Below are positions 13,061-27,470 of a DNA stretch of 64,000 nt, in pieces (positions within the stretch are counted from its first letter, which is position 1; each line of letters starts with the position of its first letter). The DNA is from Eledone cirrhosa (taxonomy: Eukaryota), in assembly GCA_964016885.1 (NCBI GenBank), contig OZ024743.1, positions 68,200,001 to 68,264,000 of the forward strand, in the 5' to 3' direction. The notes beneath the pieces were generated by a model. It searched no databases. It was not told the origin of the DNA and saw nothing but the letters and a program-made list of their open reading frames with translations. The position numbers and the translations under genes were made by a program.

Positions 13061-14852
13061 TACGAGCTGTCACTCATTCTCTTTCAGTCCCTCTCTCCAC
13101 ATAATGTCTTCGAAAAATTAATTTTCCTAACAGCTTGCTACAATTACTTTCACATTATTGCTTAGCATTCCTCTAAATCGATTATCTATCAATATAATTA
13201 TTGACTTGGTATTTCATATTTAGCCCATAATTGATTTTTACTTCTCTTACAGCAGATTCCATACTAACATACATGTTGTGTTCGTGTCAAATCTGAACGT
13301 TTAGAAGTTCGAATCGCATTGGTATCAACTTTCTAAGTGTTATTTATCCGATGCACTTTACACTCTTCTTGCTCCCCTACAGTGGCTCCTAATTATTTTA
13401 TGAGAAAGATCCCCTTTTTAATTTACCCTTAGTTCTTTTTTTATTTATAATTACCTCTTTTTTATTTACACTTACATTGACATTTACCTCTACTAAAATC
13501 CCCGTCCCAGAATGCTCTACAGCGAAAATAACAAGGAAAAGAGAGAAACGTTTATATTTAGAAAACTAGTGGTATCAAATAGTGCATGTGTATTTGTTGA
13601 TATTTCATTATGGATACCCTATCATAATACCAATTTTGTGGATCACAAGGATCCATGGACTCCATCTGGAAAGCCATATTCTGATCCACCATCTCCTTCT
13701 GCTCCACTATTTTATAATTCCTCCTCTGCTATATTAAAACAGCATCTTTATTAGTTCCTTTCGCTACCTATTGAGCATTGAGTACCTTCCCTCGTTTAAG
13801 TAGTAGGTTTAATTAATGTAGGTAAGGTTGTTAACCTCACCCTTCGTTCCCACTTTCTCAGCCTGAAATAATTTAGCGTTTCGAAGTTAGGGGGGAGAGC
13901 CATAACCCATTTCAGGTACGGTCAGATGAAGCCAGCTGAACCTGGGTCTCAAATTACTTCCCTATATTTAAAAAATTCCTTTCCTGCTCAGGATTATTTT
14001 CCTTTCATACTTGTCCCCAAAATTTCCTTTGATAGGACATACCTATGATATAACATATTCTAACTTTCACCACACTATTGTTTTAATATTGTATTTTGCA
14101 ATAGTATACATTTTTACTGAGGAATCAACGAAAGTGGAGCACTCGGAATATTGCCCATAGTCACTTACTATAAACTGTGAGAACTTATCCAATGTTATGA
14201 ACATGACAATTCATTATAACTGTCACAACCACCAACACCACCACCACCACCGACAGCGACAACTCGACTAACAACACTAATAAAACCACTACAAACATCA
14301 TCATCATCACCACCATCAACTCTCCATCTTCTCCTGGAAAATATTTAGCTTTACTCGGCGTAATTTAGATTAGATTTCAGTAGGATAATATATGTAATTC
14401 TGAAGAAAACCGTGATGGTCTCTTACGTTTTATACCACTTAATTTCATACGAGAATTCCATAAGTGAAGAAAAGAATCATCCATCAATTGGAAGCCTGGT
14501 ACTGTAAAATGAACTCCACGAGAGAATATTTATGTTTTATCTTTTCATCTTTTGTGATAAGAGATCTATATAATTAGCTGTATTCTATTTTAGCCAACTT
14601 ACTAAGTGAATATGTTTCACCGTTCAGATCTAATAACATCGAGACTTGTATGCTCATTTATACAAGTAAATTAATTTTTAAAATGTCCACTCCCATGGTA
14701 TTGTATTAATATGCTCAAAGGACTTGGATGAGTCAGGCTGTAGTAGCTCTCTCTCCTTCAACACTGCGAAACGGTGTCTACGTTTGGAGATCCAAAGTGT
14801 CACTCAATGAACATTTTCCTCTCACTAATATTAAGTATGTGAAGACTCTCTT

Positions 14853-14934
<82 letters not shown>

Positions 14935-14941
<7 letters not shown>

Positions 14942-15392
14942 AAGTTGTAGTTCCTGTCTGTTTGTTTCTTTGTTCCTATGGTTTTGGAGATAGACCCCCA
15001 TAACCAGATATATTCTGAAACTACATTGCCCAGAGTACTTGGATAAGTATATTTCATTTTAATGAAAGGGTTCCCCGGGGACACAAACCCTCGCTGAAAA
15101 TGTTTTCCTTTCGATTTATATGAAATGTAAACCATAGGTAAATGTGAAGATATGATGCCTATTCACAAAAGTTTTGAATTGTTATTTTGAAAAAAAAATA
15201 TTTGCAAGAAACAAAATACGAATAAGATTTAATAACGAAATTTTAATTTGATATATTACAAAAAATAATGTTTTCCAATTTTTCATGCATTACATTTTAC
15301 ATTGAGTAATATTGAAATGCCATGTTTTCTCCATAAATTATATCACTGATTTAAAATCATTTTCTTACATAGCATGGGTAATTCGGGTAGTA
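14935..15392 (+). mobile_element. Non-autonomous Helitron (internal deletion derivative of the 40.7-41.6 kb family)
   Basis: 15149-15170 and 15260-15392 match 40920-40941 and 41418-41588. Helitron-like 5' start (atatataaagttgtagttcctgtctgtttgt). Confidence 0.65.
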
Positions 15393-15408
15393 TATATATA
15401 TATATATA

Positions 15409-16271
15409 CCAGGTGTGTCAGAAAAGTGCCAGGACTGATCTCGCAAAAGATTTATTTCAAACCCAAACTTCACACTAAGAGTTTTCACCTTCAAAATAAT
15501 CCCCCTGGAGTATGTAACTGTAATCTTAGTTCTCTGCAGCGATCAAACTTTTTTCTTCATAATTTTATATACATGTCCTCTGTTTCAGGTCGTCAAACAA
15601 TGAGCACAGAGCAACGAATAAACTTGAAGTTTCTGGTACGGTTGGGGAAAACTCCTTCAGAAGCACTGGGATTGCTGCCACAAGTGTATGGAGATGAGAC
15701 GATCTCACGCGAGGGCGTTGAAGATGACCCCAGGAGCGGTAGGCCCTCAACAACCAGAACTGAGGTCAACGTTGAGCGCGTTAGGCAGATGGTGCGTAGC
15801 GATCGTCACCTGACTGTTCGACTGATGGCAAATGAGCTGGGCATGAATCGAGACAGCGTCTGGAAGATTCTCACTGGACATGTGGAAAGTCTGCGCGAAG
15901 ATGGTGCCAAAACTGCTGAACGATGACCAGAAGGGTCGACGCATGCAAGTGTGCCAGGACATCCTCGAGCGTCTTGAAACCGAACCAGACTTGCTAGGGA
16001 CAGTCACCACCGGTGATGAGTCATGGATCTTCGAGTAAGGCGCGGAAGGGACCCGTTTTGAAGACGTGATGACATCAAAAAGGCCGTGACGACGGACCTG
16101 CGGAGGATCCCGGAAGAATCCTTCCAGGAGTGCATGCGTGGCAGAAAAGGATGGAAAAGTGCATTAGACTCCAGGGGGATTAATTTGAAGGAGAAAAATT
16201 CTTAGTGTGAAGTTCGGGTTTGAAATAAATCTTTTGTGACATCAGTCTTGGAACTTTTCTGACACACCTCG
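15409..16271 (+). mobile_element. Internally deleted mariner transposon
   Basis: ~105-bp imperfect TIRs (C[C/G]AGGTGTGTCAGAAAAGT...) within (TA)n. Transposase remnants EQRINLKFLVRLGKT, EDDPRSGRPST, VCAKMVPKLL, TGDESW, KCIRLQGD.FEG. Confidence 0.92.
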
Positions 16272-16273
16272 TG

Positions 16274-16304
<31 letters not shown>

Positions 16305-16331
16305 ATGTATGTGTGTGTGTTGTTGCGATAG

Positions 16332-16366
<35 letters not shown>

Positions 16367-16393
16367 TAGAGAGAGAGAGAGAGTGAGAGAGAT

Positions 16394-16512
<119 letters not shown>

Positions 16513-16894
16513 ACATTTCAAACGTAGGGGATTAGCCGGGTAGCAGCTTTAGTGAATACCCGTATTGGTGGAAAAAAGAGTTTCTGATTTAGGGACAAGG
16601 CCAAGAATATAAGCGTAGTGTTAAGTCCATTAAATTGACTCCTTTACGGGTATTTTGTTTAATCGACCTCGTAAGGATGAAAGGCAGCTCCTATTTCTGC
16701 GGGATGTGAACTGCAAAGGTAAAGGGCAGTAATTCAATGTTGGAAAACATGTCCGACAGACTGCCGCAACAGCCATTCCACAAATACAGCGAATCGAACT
16801 CTGTAAGTCTCAAATTCCGGTTGAGCGTTCTATATTGTTGAGCTAAGATAATTCTGTATATATATATACACGTGTTTGTGTGTGATTGTGTGGC

Positions 16895-17345
16895 CTATGT
16901 GTGTATAGTCTGTGTATATATAGTCTATGTGTGTATGTGTGTATAGTCTATATGTGTATGTGTGTATGGTCTGTCTGTATAGTCTGTGTCTGTATAGTCT
17001 ATGTGTGTGTGTGTATAAGGTCTATGTGTGTATGTGTGTATAGTCTATGAGTGTATGTGTGTATAGTCTATGTGTGTATGTGTGTATAGTCTATGTGTGT
17101 ATAGTCTGTGTCTGTATAGTCTATGTATGTATAGTCTATGTGTGTATGTGTGTATGGTCTATGTGTGTATGGTCTATGTGTGTATGTGTGTATGGTCTAT
17201 GTGTGTATGTGTGTATAGTCTATGTGTGTATGTGTGTATAATCTATGTGTGTATGTGTGCATAGTCTATCTGTGTATGTGTGTATAGTCTATGTGTGTAT
17301 GGTCTATGTGTGTATGTGTGTAGGTGTGTATATGTGTATGTGTGT
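16895..17345. repeat. Minisatellite of gtgtatagtctatgt-type units
   Basis: Repeated (gtgtat[a/g]gtctatgtgtgtat) variants. Confidence 0.9.
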
Positions 17346-18044
17346 ATATAAAGGAACAGAGAAACTGATGGAGGGCAAAAAGCAGACAGCCAGAGCAATT
17401 CAAGACTAATATGTTTAGAGTAAGTTCTTTCTATAAATCTCTGATCTCAGCCTTCCTCCAAAGAAAGAATAGCTCTGACCAAACACATGATCTTAACTCT
17501 CCTTACGGCTATAGACTCATATCATTTTACTTTCAGGCATTATATTAACTGTTTTTCGTCCATACACACCGTCACTAGTTTTCTTGGTCTCTAGACATTT
17601 TATATTTATCTCTTTGATCTGGAACATATCGACCCGATTGTCTACAGACGCAGACGTGATTAAAACATCAAAACAAAACTTCTAAAGATCCGTATAGACC
17701 CTATAAAAATATCTAGACATTTTAGTTTTAGTTCAGTACTATTGAAATGAATACACATCCTTCTTTTCTTCTCTACCACTACTACATCTATCCCCCTCTT
17801 ATCTTTCTATCTGTATCTTTATTATTAATATTATCTTCATTTTGATGTGATAGTTTGATTTCGTAATTTTGCCGGTTATGCATTTAACTGTATTTTTGTT
17901 TTCTCTTTCGTCTTTCTCCCCCCCCCCCCTTTTCCATCTGTTCCCTTCCTTTATTTCATTCTATATCTTTATTATTAATATTATTATTGATGTAGTAATT
18001 TGAATTTATAAATTTACCGTTATTCATATATTTTATATTTTTTC

Positions 18045-18155
18045 ACAGTTCTCTGACGAAATGATAGAGGTTACACGTGTTTAAATTGATTGCCACTAGT
18101 TTCAGTGTTTAGTCATTTTTAGACAACTCTCTCATAGAAACAATTGTTAGACTGT
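18045..18155 (+). ncRNA. Type I hammerhead ribozyme with enlarged stem II loop, at a PLE-type 3' end
   Basis: acagt(t)ct-CTGACGA-a atgatagaggtt..~50 nt..aactctctcat a-GAAA-caattg-TT-agactgt. Confidence 0.65.
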
Positions 18156-18205
18156 AAATAAATTTCCTTGTTTGTACTGTTGACCATGTTATTCCTCACT
18201 TTTTC

Positions 18206-18316
<111 letters not shown>

Positions 18317-18379
18317 AAGAATAGGTGACTCAGTGGATTCGGGATATACTGAAGTGGATACCAAAATAAGCATATATAT

Positions 18380-18415
<36 letters not shown>

Positions 18416-18758
18416 ACAATAGGTGGCTCAGTGGATTAGGGATTTACTGAGGTTGATACCAATATAATCATTAACCTGTTAGTTTGTTCGTTGCTCTGGT
18501 ATTGTGTGTTAAGTTTTGACTACCACGAGGTTCAATTTGTCAAGCTATTTAAACGTATGTTGTTACTCTAAGGACCTACCCTTATTGAGTGCTTTGGCAA
18601 CTCATTCATATTGTAGGTCGACTTTGCTTGCCCACAGCCAAAGCTTCGATTTTACTAAGCTTCCACATGTATATATATATATATTGAAAATTAGAATTTG
18701 GGCTCTGAAATAGCGATATATATATGCATGTATATATAGTGTATTTTGCAATACACTG

Positions 18759-19284
18759 TATGCTTAATTAAAAGCATTTTGAAGACAATACGCTATTGTT
18801 TTAAAGTAGCAACAGTGTCGCTTACTTAAATTTTCAGCAAACAAGGGGAGATAAGCTGACAGAGCTCTGTTTCATACTTTTTGGTACATATCAAAGCTCA
18901 CTACTCTCCCTGTTTGCTGAAAATTATGTGTGTTGGATTCTTATAGAATTCTAGTAATAATTAGGAACTGATTATACAGAGCGGTAGCCGGTCCAACAGA
19001 AATTGAAAATTAGAATTGGTGCTCTGAAATTCTAATTTTCAATTTCTGCTTGACAGGAAACCGCTCTGTAAAATCAGTTCCTGATTATTACTGGAATTCT
19101 ATAAGAATCCAACACATAATTTTCAGCAAACAGGGAGAGTAGTGAGCTTTGATAAGTACCAAAAAGTAAGAAACAGAGCTCTGTCAGCTTATCTCCCATT
19201 GTTTGCTGAAAATCTAAGTAAGCGACATTGTCGCTACTTTAAAACAATAGCGTATGGTCTTCAACATGCTTTTAATTAAGCATA
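18759..19284. repeat. ~525-bp foldback palindrome with an HHR-like motif in each arm
   Basis: Arms are reverse complements centred near 19022. HHR-like motifs at 19145-19189 (+) and 18854-18898 (-). Confidence 0.9.
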
Positions 19285-19359
<75 letters not shown>

Positions 19360-19399
19360 CATATTAAATAAATGGAAACTATATTTATAAAACCATATT

Positions 19400-19465
19400 T
19401 ATTTCATTATATATATTTCAGGGATATCATATTAACAATATGCTATGCCTTCCTCAGACAAAATA
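19400..19465 (-). ncRNA. Type I hammerhead ribozyme (3' pLTR)
   Basis: Reverse complement: tattttgt-CTGAGGA-aggcatagcatatt gtt aatatgatatccct-GAAA-tatata-TA-atgaaata. Confidence 0.8.
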
Positions 19466-20934
19466 CAATATAAACAGTTTTATAGATAAATAGATTCGAC
19501 ATACCGTAACAACATCGACTTGCATTTGAAAAGGTTGATTTGGTAGTGAAAAAATTGTACACAGAGAGAAAGAAAGAGAGAAAAAAAGAAAAGAAAGACA
19601 GAAAACGAAGAAAAAGAAGAAAAAGAAGAAAAAGAAGTAATGCTTGGAAACAAAATAGAGAGATGGAAAGATAGATAAAGAGAAGAACTTCATGTAAAGA
19701 AACAGAAAGATATATATATATATAGAGAGAGAGAGAGAGGAAATAGAGATAGATACATATATATAGAAAACTAGTGGGACGTCTGTTGAATAACGTATCA
19801 ATGATACATTTATTTATTTATTTATTTATTTAGCTCTAGTATTAATGTAAGGGAGATATATGGAGAGAAACCAGCTGTTATATATAGAGAGAGAAAAAAA
19901 AATATAGAGAGAGAAAAAATTTAAAAATAACCAGACACAGGCGAGGCGTAAAAACCTCTGTTTTAATGTAGAGGTATTAGTATTTACAAAACCAGCCACT
20001 ACATTGTAAATATCAGTATTCCTGAATGAGACATGTATCCACAATGTGTGAAAATTAATGCTCTTATGTTTAGTTTTTTAAAAAAATTCATATGTTTATG
20101 TGATAATTACAAACATCTATGTGAATCTACATGATCAACTTTGCAAACCCTAGGTTCACGGAAAACATTCTCAATGTGGTATAAAAATTTAAGTATACAT
20201 ATATGTGTATATAGAGTCAATATTATTTCTCTACTCTACAAGATTATCTATCAAGCAAAAATAGAGCAGATTTCAATATACTAATAAAAAATAAACATAT
20301 AAAAATATAAATAAAAATATAAATATAAAATATAAAAATATAAATATATCAGAAACAAAACTTAAAATAACAATAATAATAATAAGTAATAATAAAATAG
20401 AAAACTAAAAAATATTAAGAAAGAATATTACATATTAAAAATATTACATATTAAAAAATTTACATATTAAAAATATTAAAAAATATTAAAAATAAAATAT
20501 TAAAAATAAAAATATTAGGAAATACTACAATAATAAAAATAAAATAAAATAAACCACAAAGATCAACCCTTCAAAATTAATTGACAATATATTGCCAAGT
20601 TCATTATAAACATCAGAGTCGAAAAACAGATAAAGCCAAAAATTATCTATCAAATCGCATCTAGCAAAGATCATTTCAAAAAGTTTAGGATGCCCAATTT
20701 GGTCTACATGTGTTCTTATATTTAATATAGAAGTTTATCTAGTGTAACGTTTATTCGAAATATTTGGAGCATCAACTTAGCTTAATTTTTTCATGAAGAA
20801 TGTTTAAATAAAAATAAAATAAAATAAAAAATAAAAATAAAAAGAATAAAAAGAGAATCAAAGATTTATCGGCTAGTTTCCCATATAATTATAAATCAAA
20901 CTAAATATACTACATTTTAAATTTAAATTTATAT

Positions 20935-23158
20935 TTAAACGTTGAGTTTAATCTATGTTTGCAACAACTGAATAAATTTGTCCGTAGATTAAGGGAATTT
21001 TTAGATTTTAGTATAAAGAATATCTACTCTGCGCAGAGGTCACATGTCTCAGAGGATGAATTAAAAGGAATCCCTCTTGAGACTATATTCCAAGCCGTCG
21101 AATATCTAACGTTATCTAGCTTAAGTTGCCATAGTACGCCTGATAGTGCCGTTGAAGATTTTTTGCTTGGATCTGTGAAATAATTCTTGTGGTTATTATA
21201 GCGAAGTTTAAATTCCGTCGATGTGGAACCGACGTAGTTAAAAGAATTAGAGTCAGTATTAACATTACAATTGTATACTATATTTTTAACTAAGCAGTTG
21301 TTATTTAACGGACATTTAGATCTATCTCTACAGTTACATTTGTTAACTTGTATATTATTTATGCTATTATCACTAGGTTTTAAGTTCCTATTATTTATTC
21401 TATTGATATTTTGTGCTAAATTTTTGGTGGATGAGTAGGTTAATTTAATTGTATGTCTATTGAAAATTGAGTGATATCTATGTGTTCTAGGGAAGCGATT
21501 ATCAACAGCTTTAAAAAATAGTTTAGCGATGTGGGTTTTAATGTTTAGTGAGAAAGGGGGGGGGGGGGGGCAAACCAAATTATGTTCCTAGTTCTATTTC
21601 TTTTTTGGCCTTTCGAATTATTGTAATGCTTTCTATTATAGTTGTTAAGGATGTTGCCGTAATTAAAAAAGTTGTTACTTTGTTTAGTTTGTCTATCATT
21701 ATCTATGTACACAATCTTATCGGCATATCCTGCTCTAGCTAATGCTTCATTGTAGTATTGGGCTTTTTCGTCGAAAATCTTTCTATTCGACGAGATCCTA
21801 GAGATACGTTTTTCAACAGAGTTTACTATAGTGTTTTTGACAGATCTGGGGTGGTTAGAGTTAAAGTTTACATAGTTTAAGTTTTCATTCAACTTGTGAA
21901 AAGGATAGTGAAGACATGTGTTGAGATTTAATGTTATCTCTAGGAAATTGACTATTCTATGGTTGTTCTCAATTTCTATTTTAAGATTAAAGTAATTAAA
22001 AAATTGTGTAATTTGTTTACATTTTCTATTTAGTTCAGAGTTATTATTATCAATAAGTAAAAGCATGTCGTCTCTATATAAACCTCCGGTAGTACCGGGT
22101 ATTTTCCTATGTAGCGAATTGATTAAAAATAAGCCCAAAAGGACAGTTACCTGGGCTGAGTCGGATGATCCCATAGTAATGTAAAAATTGCTATCTCTAT
22201 CTGCTCTGGTCCATAGTTGGTCATTAAATTATATCAAAGTTTTCCTAGCCGATAATATAATATGCATTTCATTGCTAGTTAGGTCAGTATGTTTGAATGC
22301 GTAATTTAGTGCCTTATTTAGTAGATTAGGGGTAATAGAAGAATAATAGTTAGCTATATCAAGTTGAATAAACTTATTATTATTGTTATATTTAATTTGC
22401 TTAAACCACTCAACAACCTCTCCAGTTCCTTTCCACAAGCTCAGGTTAGATAAACAATCCAAGTTCTTAATTTGCTGTATCACCCTGTCAAGAATGTTTT
22501 TGCTTAATTTGCCCAGGTTCGATTTTGATGGTGCGATCAATCTAACTGGCAGGTCATTTTCAAAATTCCGCTTGTGATATTTCATATTGATCTTCGGTTT
22601 CCTGGGCACGAAAGGTTGTGTTCTGTTCTCAATTTCCAACTCGTGCATTATACAAGATGCTTCAACATTCATTTTCTCAAGCTCGGCCTTATCTGCTACC
22701 TTGTACTTTTTCCTCAGCTCTTTCAGTATGAGGCCATTATACATGTCTTTCTGCACTCCATAGAGGTTGTTGGTCTTGTCAGATTTCACCAAGATCTTCT
22801 CAGTTTTCTCTAAGCTCTCAATGTTATCCTTAATGCCTTTCAAATATTCCTGGCCTTTGAAGTTTCTCTTGAATTTGACCCCTTGTATGATAGAAATTAT
22901 ATCGTTTTCAAAGTCAGATAAAAGTTTGTTAGGGGGTGGATTTCTTTTAGATTTGAAAACTTTGTTTAAGTCCGAGACATTTTCGTTTGTATTAGATTTA
23001 TCAAAGTGGAATGCTCGCCACCTGATTCTCCTTATAAAATAGTCAGATTTATCTATTAATTGTTTTATAAAGTCTTTGTTTCTAGGTAGAGGTATGTCTT
23101 TTAAAGAGGAAGTAATCTTAAAGAATTCCATTTTCCAGTTACAATATAAAGCGCTCAA
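20935..23158 (-). pseudogene. Penelope RT + GIY-YIG polyprotein (2 in-frame stops, 1 homopolymer frameshift)
   Basis: ORFs 22229-23158, 21545-22174 and 21024-21578: KSDKT, LDIANYYSSI, MGSSDSAQV, GGLYRDD, NFLEITL, CNCR..CPL..CL..IVY..YVGST..F..RYNNH, CDLC. Confidence 0.9.
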
Positions 23159-23308
23159 TAGTATTGGAGCAAGATATATGGAAAGTTATATTTAAATTGT
23201 TGGGTTACAACTAGTAAATATTTATAACTGATATAAAAGCACTCGACAAATATTTGGAGTATATTTACAATATTAAATAAATGGAAACTATATTTATAAA
23301 ACCATATT

Positions 23309-23374
23309 TATTTCATTATATATATTTCAGGGATATCATATTAACAATATGCTATGCCTTCCTCAGACAAAATA
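23309..23374 (-). ncRNA. Type I hammerhead ribozyme (5' pLTR)
   Basis: Same motif as 19400-19465. Confidence 0.8.
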
Positions 23375-24357
23375 CAATATAAACAGTTTTATAGATAAAT
23401 AGATTCGACATACCGTAACAACATCGACTTGCATTTGAAAAGGTTGATTTGGTAGTGAAAAAATTGTACACAGAGAGAAAGAAAGAGAGAAACAAAAAGA
23501 AAAGAAAGACAGAAAACGAAGAAAAAGAAGAAAAAGAAGAAAAAGAAGAAATGCATGGAAACAAAATAGAGAGATGGAAAGATAGATAAAGAGAAGAACT
23601 TCATGTAAAGAAACAGAAAGATATATATATAGAGAGAGAGAAAATAGAGATAGATACATATATATAGAAAACTAGTGGGACGTCTGTTGAATAACGTATC
23701 AATGATACATTTATTTATTTATTTATTTATTTAGCTCTAGTATTAATGTAAGGGAGATATATGGAGAGAAACCAGCTGTTATATAGAGAGAGAGAAAAAA
23801 AATATATAGAGAGAAAAAATAGAGAGAGAAAAAATTAAAAATAACCAGACACAGGCGAAGCGTAAAAACCTCTGTTTTAATGTAGAGGTATTAGTATTTA
23901 CAAAACCAGCCACTACATTGTAAATATCAGTATTCCTGAATGAGACATGTATCCACAATGTGTGAAAATTAATGCTCTTATGTTTAGTTTTTTAAAAAAA
24001 TTCATATGTTTATGTGATAATTACAAACATCTATGTGAATCTACATGATCAACTTTGCAAACCCTAAGTTCACGGAAAACATTCTCAATGTGGTATAAAA
24101 ATTTAAGTATACATATATGTGTATAGAGAGTCAATATTATTTCTCTACTCTACAAGATTATCTATCAAGCAAAAATAGAGCAGATTTCAATATACTAATA
24201 AAAAATAAAAAAAAACATATAAAAATATAAATAAAAATATAAATATTTATATTTTTAAAATATATATATTTTTTCACTACCAAATCAACCTTTTCAAATG
24301 CAAGTCGATCTTGTTACGGTATGTCGAATCTATTTATCTATAAAACTGTTTATATTG

Positions 24358-24423
24358 TATTTTGTCTGAGGAAGGCATAGCATATTGTTAATATGATATC
24401 CCTGAAATATATATAATGAAATA
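24358..24423 (+). ncRNA. Type I hammerhead ribozyme (inverted pLTR)
   Basis: tattttgt-CTGAGGA-stem II-GAAA-tatata-TA-atgaaata. Confidence 0.8.
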
Positions 24424-24578
24424 AATATTGTTTTATAAATATAGTTTCCATTTATTTAATATTGTAAATATACTCCAAATATTTGTCGAGTGCTTTTATA
24501 TCAGTTATAAATATTTACTAGTTGTAACCCCACAATTTAAATATAACTTTCCATATATATTACATATATATATTATAT

Positions 24579-24621
<43 letters not shown>

Positions 24622-24625
<4 letters not shown>

Positions 24626-25011
24626 AAAGAATAGAGGTGTAACACACAAGTTATTATATATTGGTAAACGGAATAGATCATGCTGACAAATTGTTCACAG
24701 TTGAAAAATGGTTTAATTAGGAATAAAAGAGTATTAGTGATTGTATGGGTTAGTATTCAGTTGTGGTTTTAAGTTTTTTAAGTTTTTACCGGTTGCGCAT
24801 TTCTAAATGCTTTTCAAAAATAATTTTGAGGTAGAGTGTCCGTGCTGTTTGCTCTGATCTGATTAGTTTTGGGAATTCTACCTGTTTTATGTTAAAAAAG
24901 TGGCTCCAGCAAAAATTATTGTGGTCAAAACAATTTTGATTGGTCGGTAGAGGTCATGTGAATAAAAAATTGGTTTTGCGCCAAGATTGAGAAATGACTC
25001 TTTCACAACAA

Positions 25012-25085
<74 letters not shown>

Positions 25086-25153
25086 TAGTAGTAAGGTGTT
25101 CGATGTTTTGATAATGGTTAGCAGCGATGTGTGTCAAATGGCTATTAAGATAA

Positions 25154-25211
<58 letters not shown>

Positions 25212-25349
25212 AGCAGACTAATTCGTGGTGGCAGGGATGGTCAGTAAGAATGTGTCTGAAAGCAATGGAGGGTATTTTAGAATGTCAAAAGATATTTTTT
25301 AGCTTTTGTCTTATACGGAGAAGTGCGTGTGTGTGTGTGTGTGCGTGTG

Positions 25350-25405
<56 letters not shown>

Positions 25406-25623
25406 AGTCTATTTGTATGTTGATGTATGTGTGTGTATATATGTGTGTGTGTGTGTGTGTGTGGGTGGACCAGTATTTTTTTTTTTTTTTTTATTTCCCT
25501 GGTAACATGGTGTACATTATTCGATTTTTTCAGTAAAATCGGTTCTCTTAATAGAACCTCAAAAATATTAACAATAAAAGGTGTGAAATGATATTCACTA
25601 TATATATATACACATACATATAT

Positions 25624-25681
<58 letters not shown>

Positions 25682-26498
25682 TATATTTTTTTGTGTTGCA
25701 CCATAAAGCATGTGTGTTTACGTATGTCATTGTGTTTATATGTGGGTAGAGATGTGTGCTGATGTAGGTATGTATGTTGACGTGTGTATGTTGTGGGTTC
25801 GTCTTAGGGAGAAGTGTTTAGACGGAGTCCGTATTTGTTAATGAAGTAAGGTTCCTTGCTAATGCGCTGGGTGTGGGTGGCATTATATTTAAATTTGTAG
25901 AGGGGAAAGATTCTTAAGTTGGGATGATTTTGGGCGGCACAGGTATCAATGTGTTCACTCAGTGGTATTTTCCTGTATTCCCGTATTTTGATTTGGGATC
26001 TATGGACAGTCATGTGTTGGCGGAGGCTGTTTTTGGTCTGGCCTATGTATTGTTCTCGACAACCTGAACAAGTTAATACATATATTAGATTTTCCGATGC
26101 ACATGTGAAATTGTGTTTTACTATAAAACGTTGTCCATCTTTGAAATAGAATTCCGAACCCTCTATTAGGTTGATGCAAATGCCACAGTTGGGTCTATCG
26201 CATTTTTTTTACTGTGGGTTTCGTTGTTGTGGTCGGCAGTACTTTGGCATGTGTTAAGATGTTTTTCATTGACTTGGATTGTCTTTTGCTCTTTATGATA
26301 TCGTGTGTTCGTAGAATTTGGTTCATTCTATGGTCCTTTTTCAATACAGAGATGTTCTCGAGGATGGTGTCAAAGGCCTCGTTGTTGAGGGGGTTGTGTG
26401 TGGAGATGTATGGAAGAGCTTTTAGTTTTGGTTGATTTACTTTAGGGTGTCTAAGGTCCTGGGTACTGAGTTTTAGGGAAAAAAAAAAAAATACTGGT

Positions 26499-26556
<58 letters not shown>

Positions 26557-26968
26557 TTATACTCACACGTACATCTATTTAGAGAACCGATTTTACTGAA
26601 AAAATCGAATAATGTACACCATTTTACCAGGGAAAAAAAAAAAATACTGGCCCCCCCCCCCCCCCCCCCCACACACACACATATATACACACACGTACAT
26701 CAACATACAAAGATACTTATATATATACACACACACACACATACACACGCACTTCTCCGTATAAGACAAAAGCTGAAAAATATCTTTTGACATGCTAAAA
26801 TACTTGCTTTGAGACACATTCTTACTGACCATCCCTGCCACCACGAATTACTCTGCTATACACACACACACACACACACACACTTATCTTAATAGTCATT
26901 TGACACACATCGCTGCTAACCATTATCACAACATCGAACACCTTACTACTACTACTACTACTACTACT

Positions 26969-27000
<32 letters not shown>

Positions 27001-27470
27001 ACACACATATTTGTTGTGAAAGAGTCATTTCTCAATCTTGGCGCAAAACCAATTTTTTTTATTCACATGACCTCTACCGACCAATCAAAATTGTTTTGAC
27101 CACAGGAAATTTTGCTGGAGCCACTTTTTTAACATAAAAACAGTATTGGCGCAAAATCTATTTTTTACATTCACATGACCTCTACCGACCCATCAAAATT
27201 GTTTTGACCACAAGAATTTTTGCAAATTGGAGCCACTTTTTTAACATAAAAACAGGTAGAATTCCCAAAACTAATCAGATCAGAGCAAACAGCACGGACA
27301 CTCTATCTCAAAATTATTTTTGAAAAGCATTTAGAAATGCGCAACCGGTAAAAACTTAAAGACTTAAAATCACAACTGAATACTAACCCATACAATCACT
27401 AATACTCTTTTATTACTAATTAAACCATTTTTCAACTGTGAACAATTTGTCAGCATTTTCTATTCCGTTT

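Larger units (their letters stand above)
19361..24555 (-). mobile_element. Near-intact full-length Penelope-type element with tandem and inverted pLTRs
   Basis: ~950-bp direct repeats (19361-20325 / 23270-24245), inverted partial pLTR at 24268-24555, RT-GIY-YIG ORF between them, and an HHR in each pLTR. Confidence 0.93.

Noticed and set aside
20935-23158. Selenocysteine-recoded (Naiad-type) PLE
   Set aside because: In-frame stops are TAA and TAG, not TGA, and the endonuclease is C-terminal.
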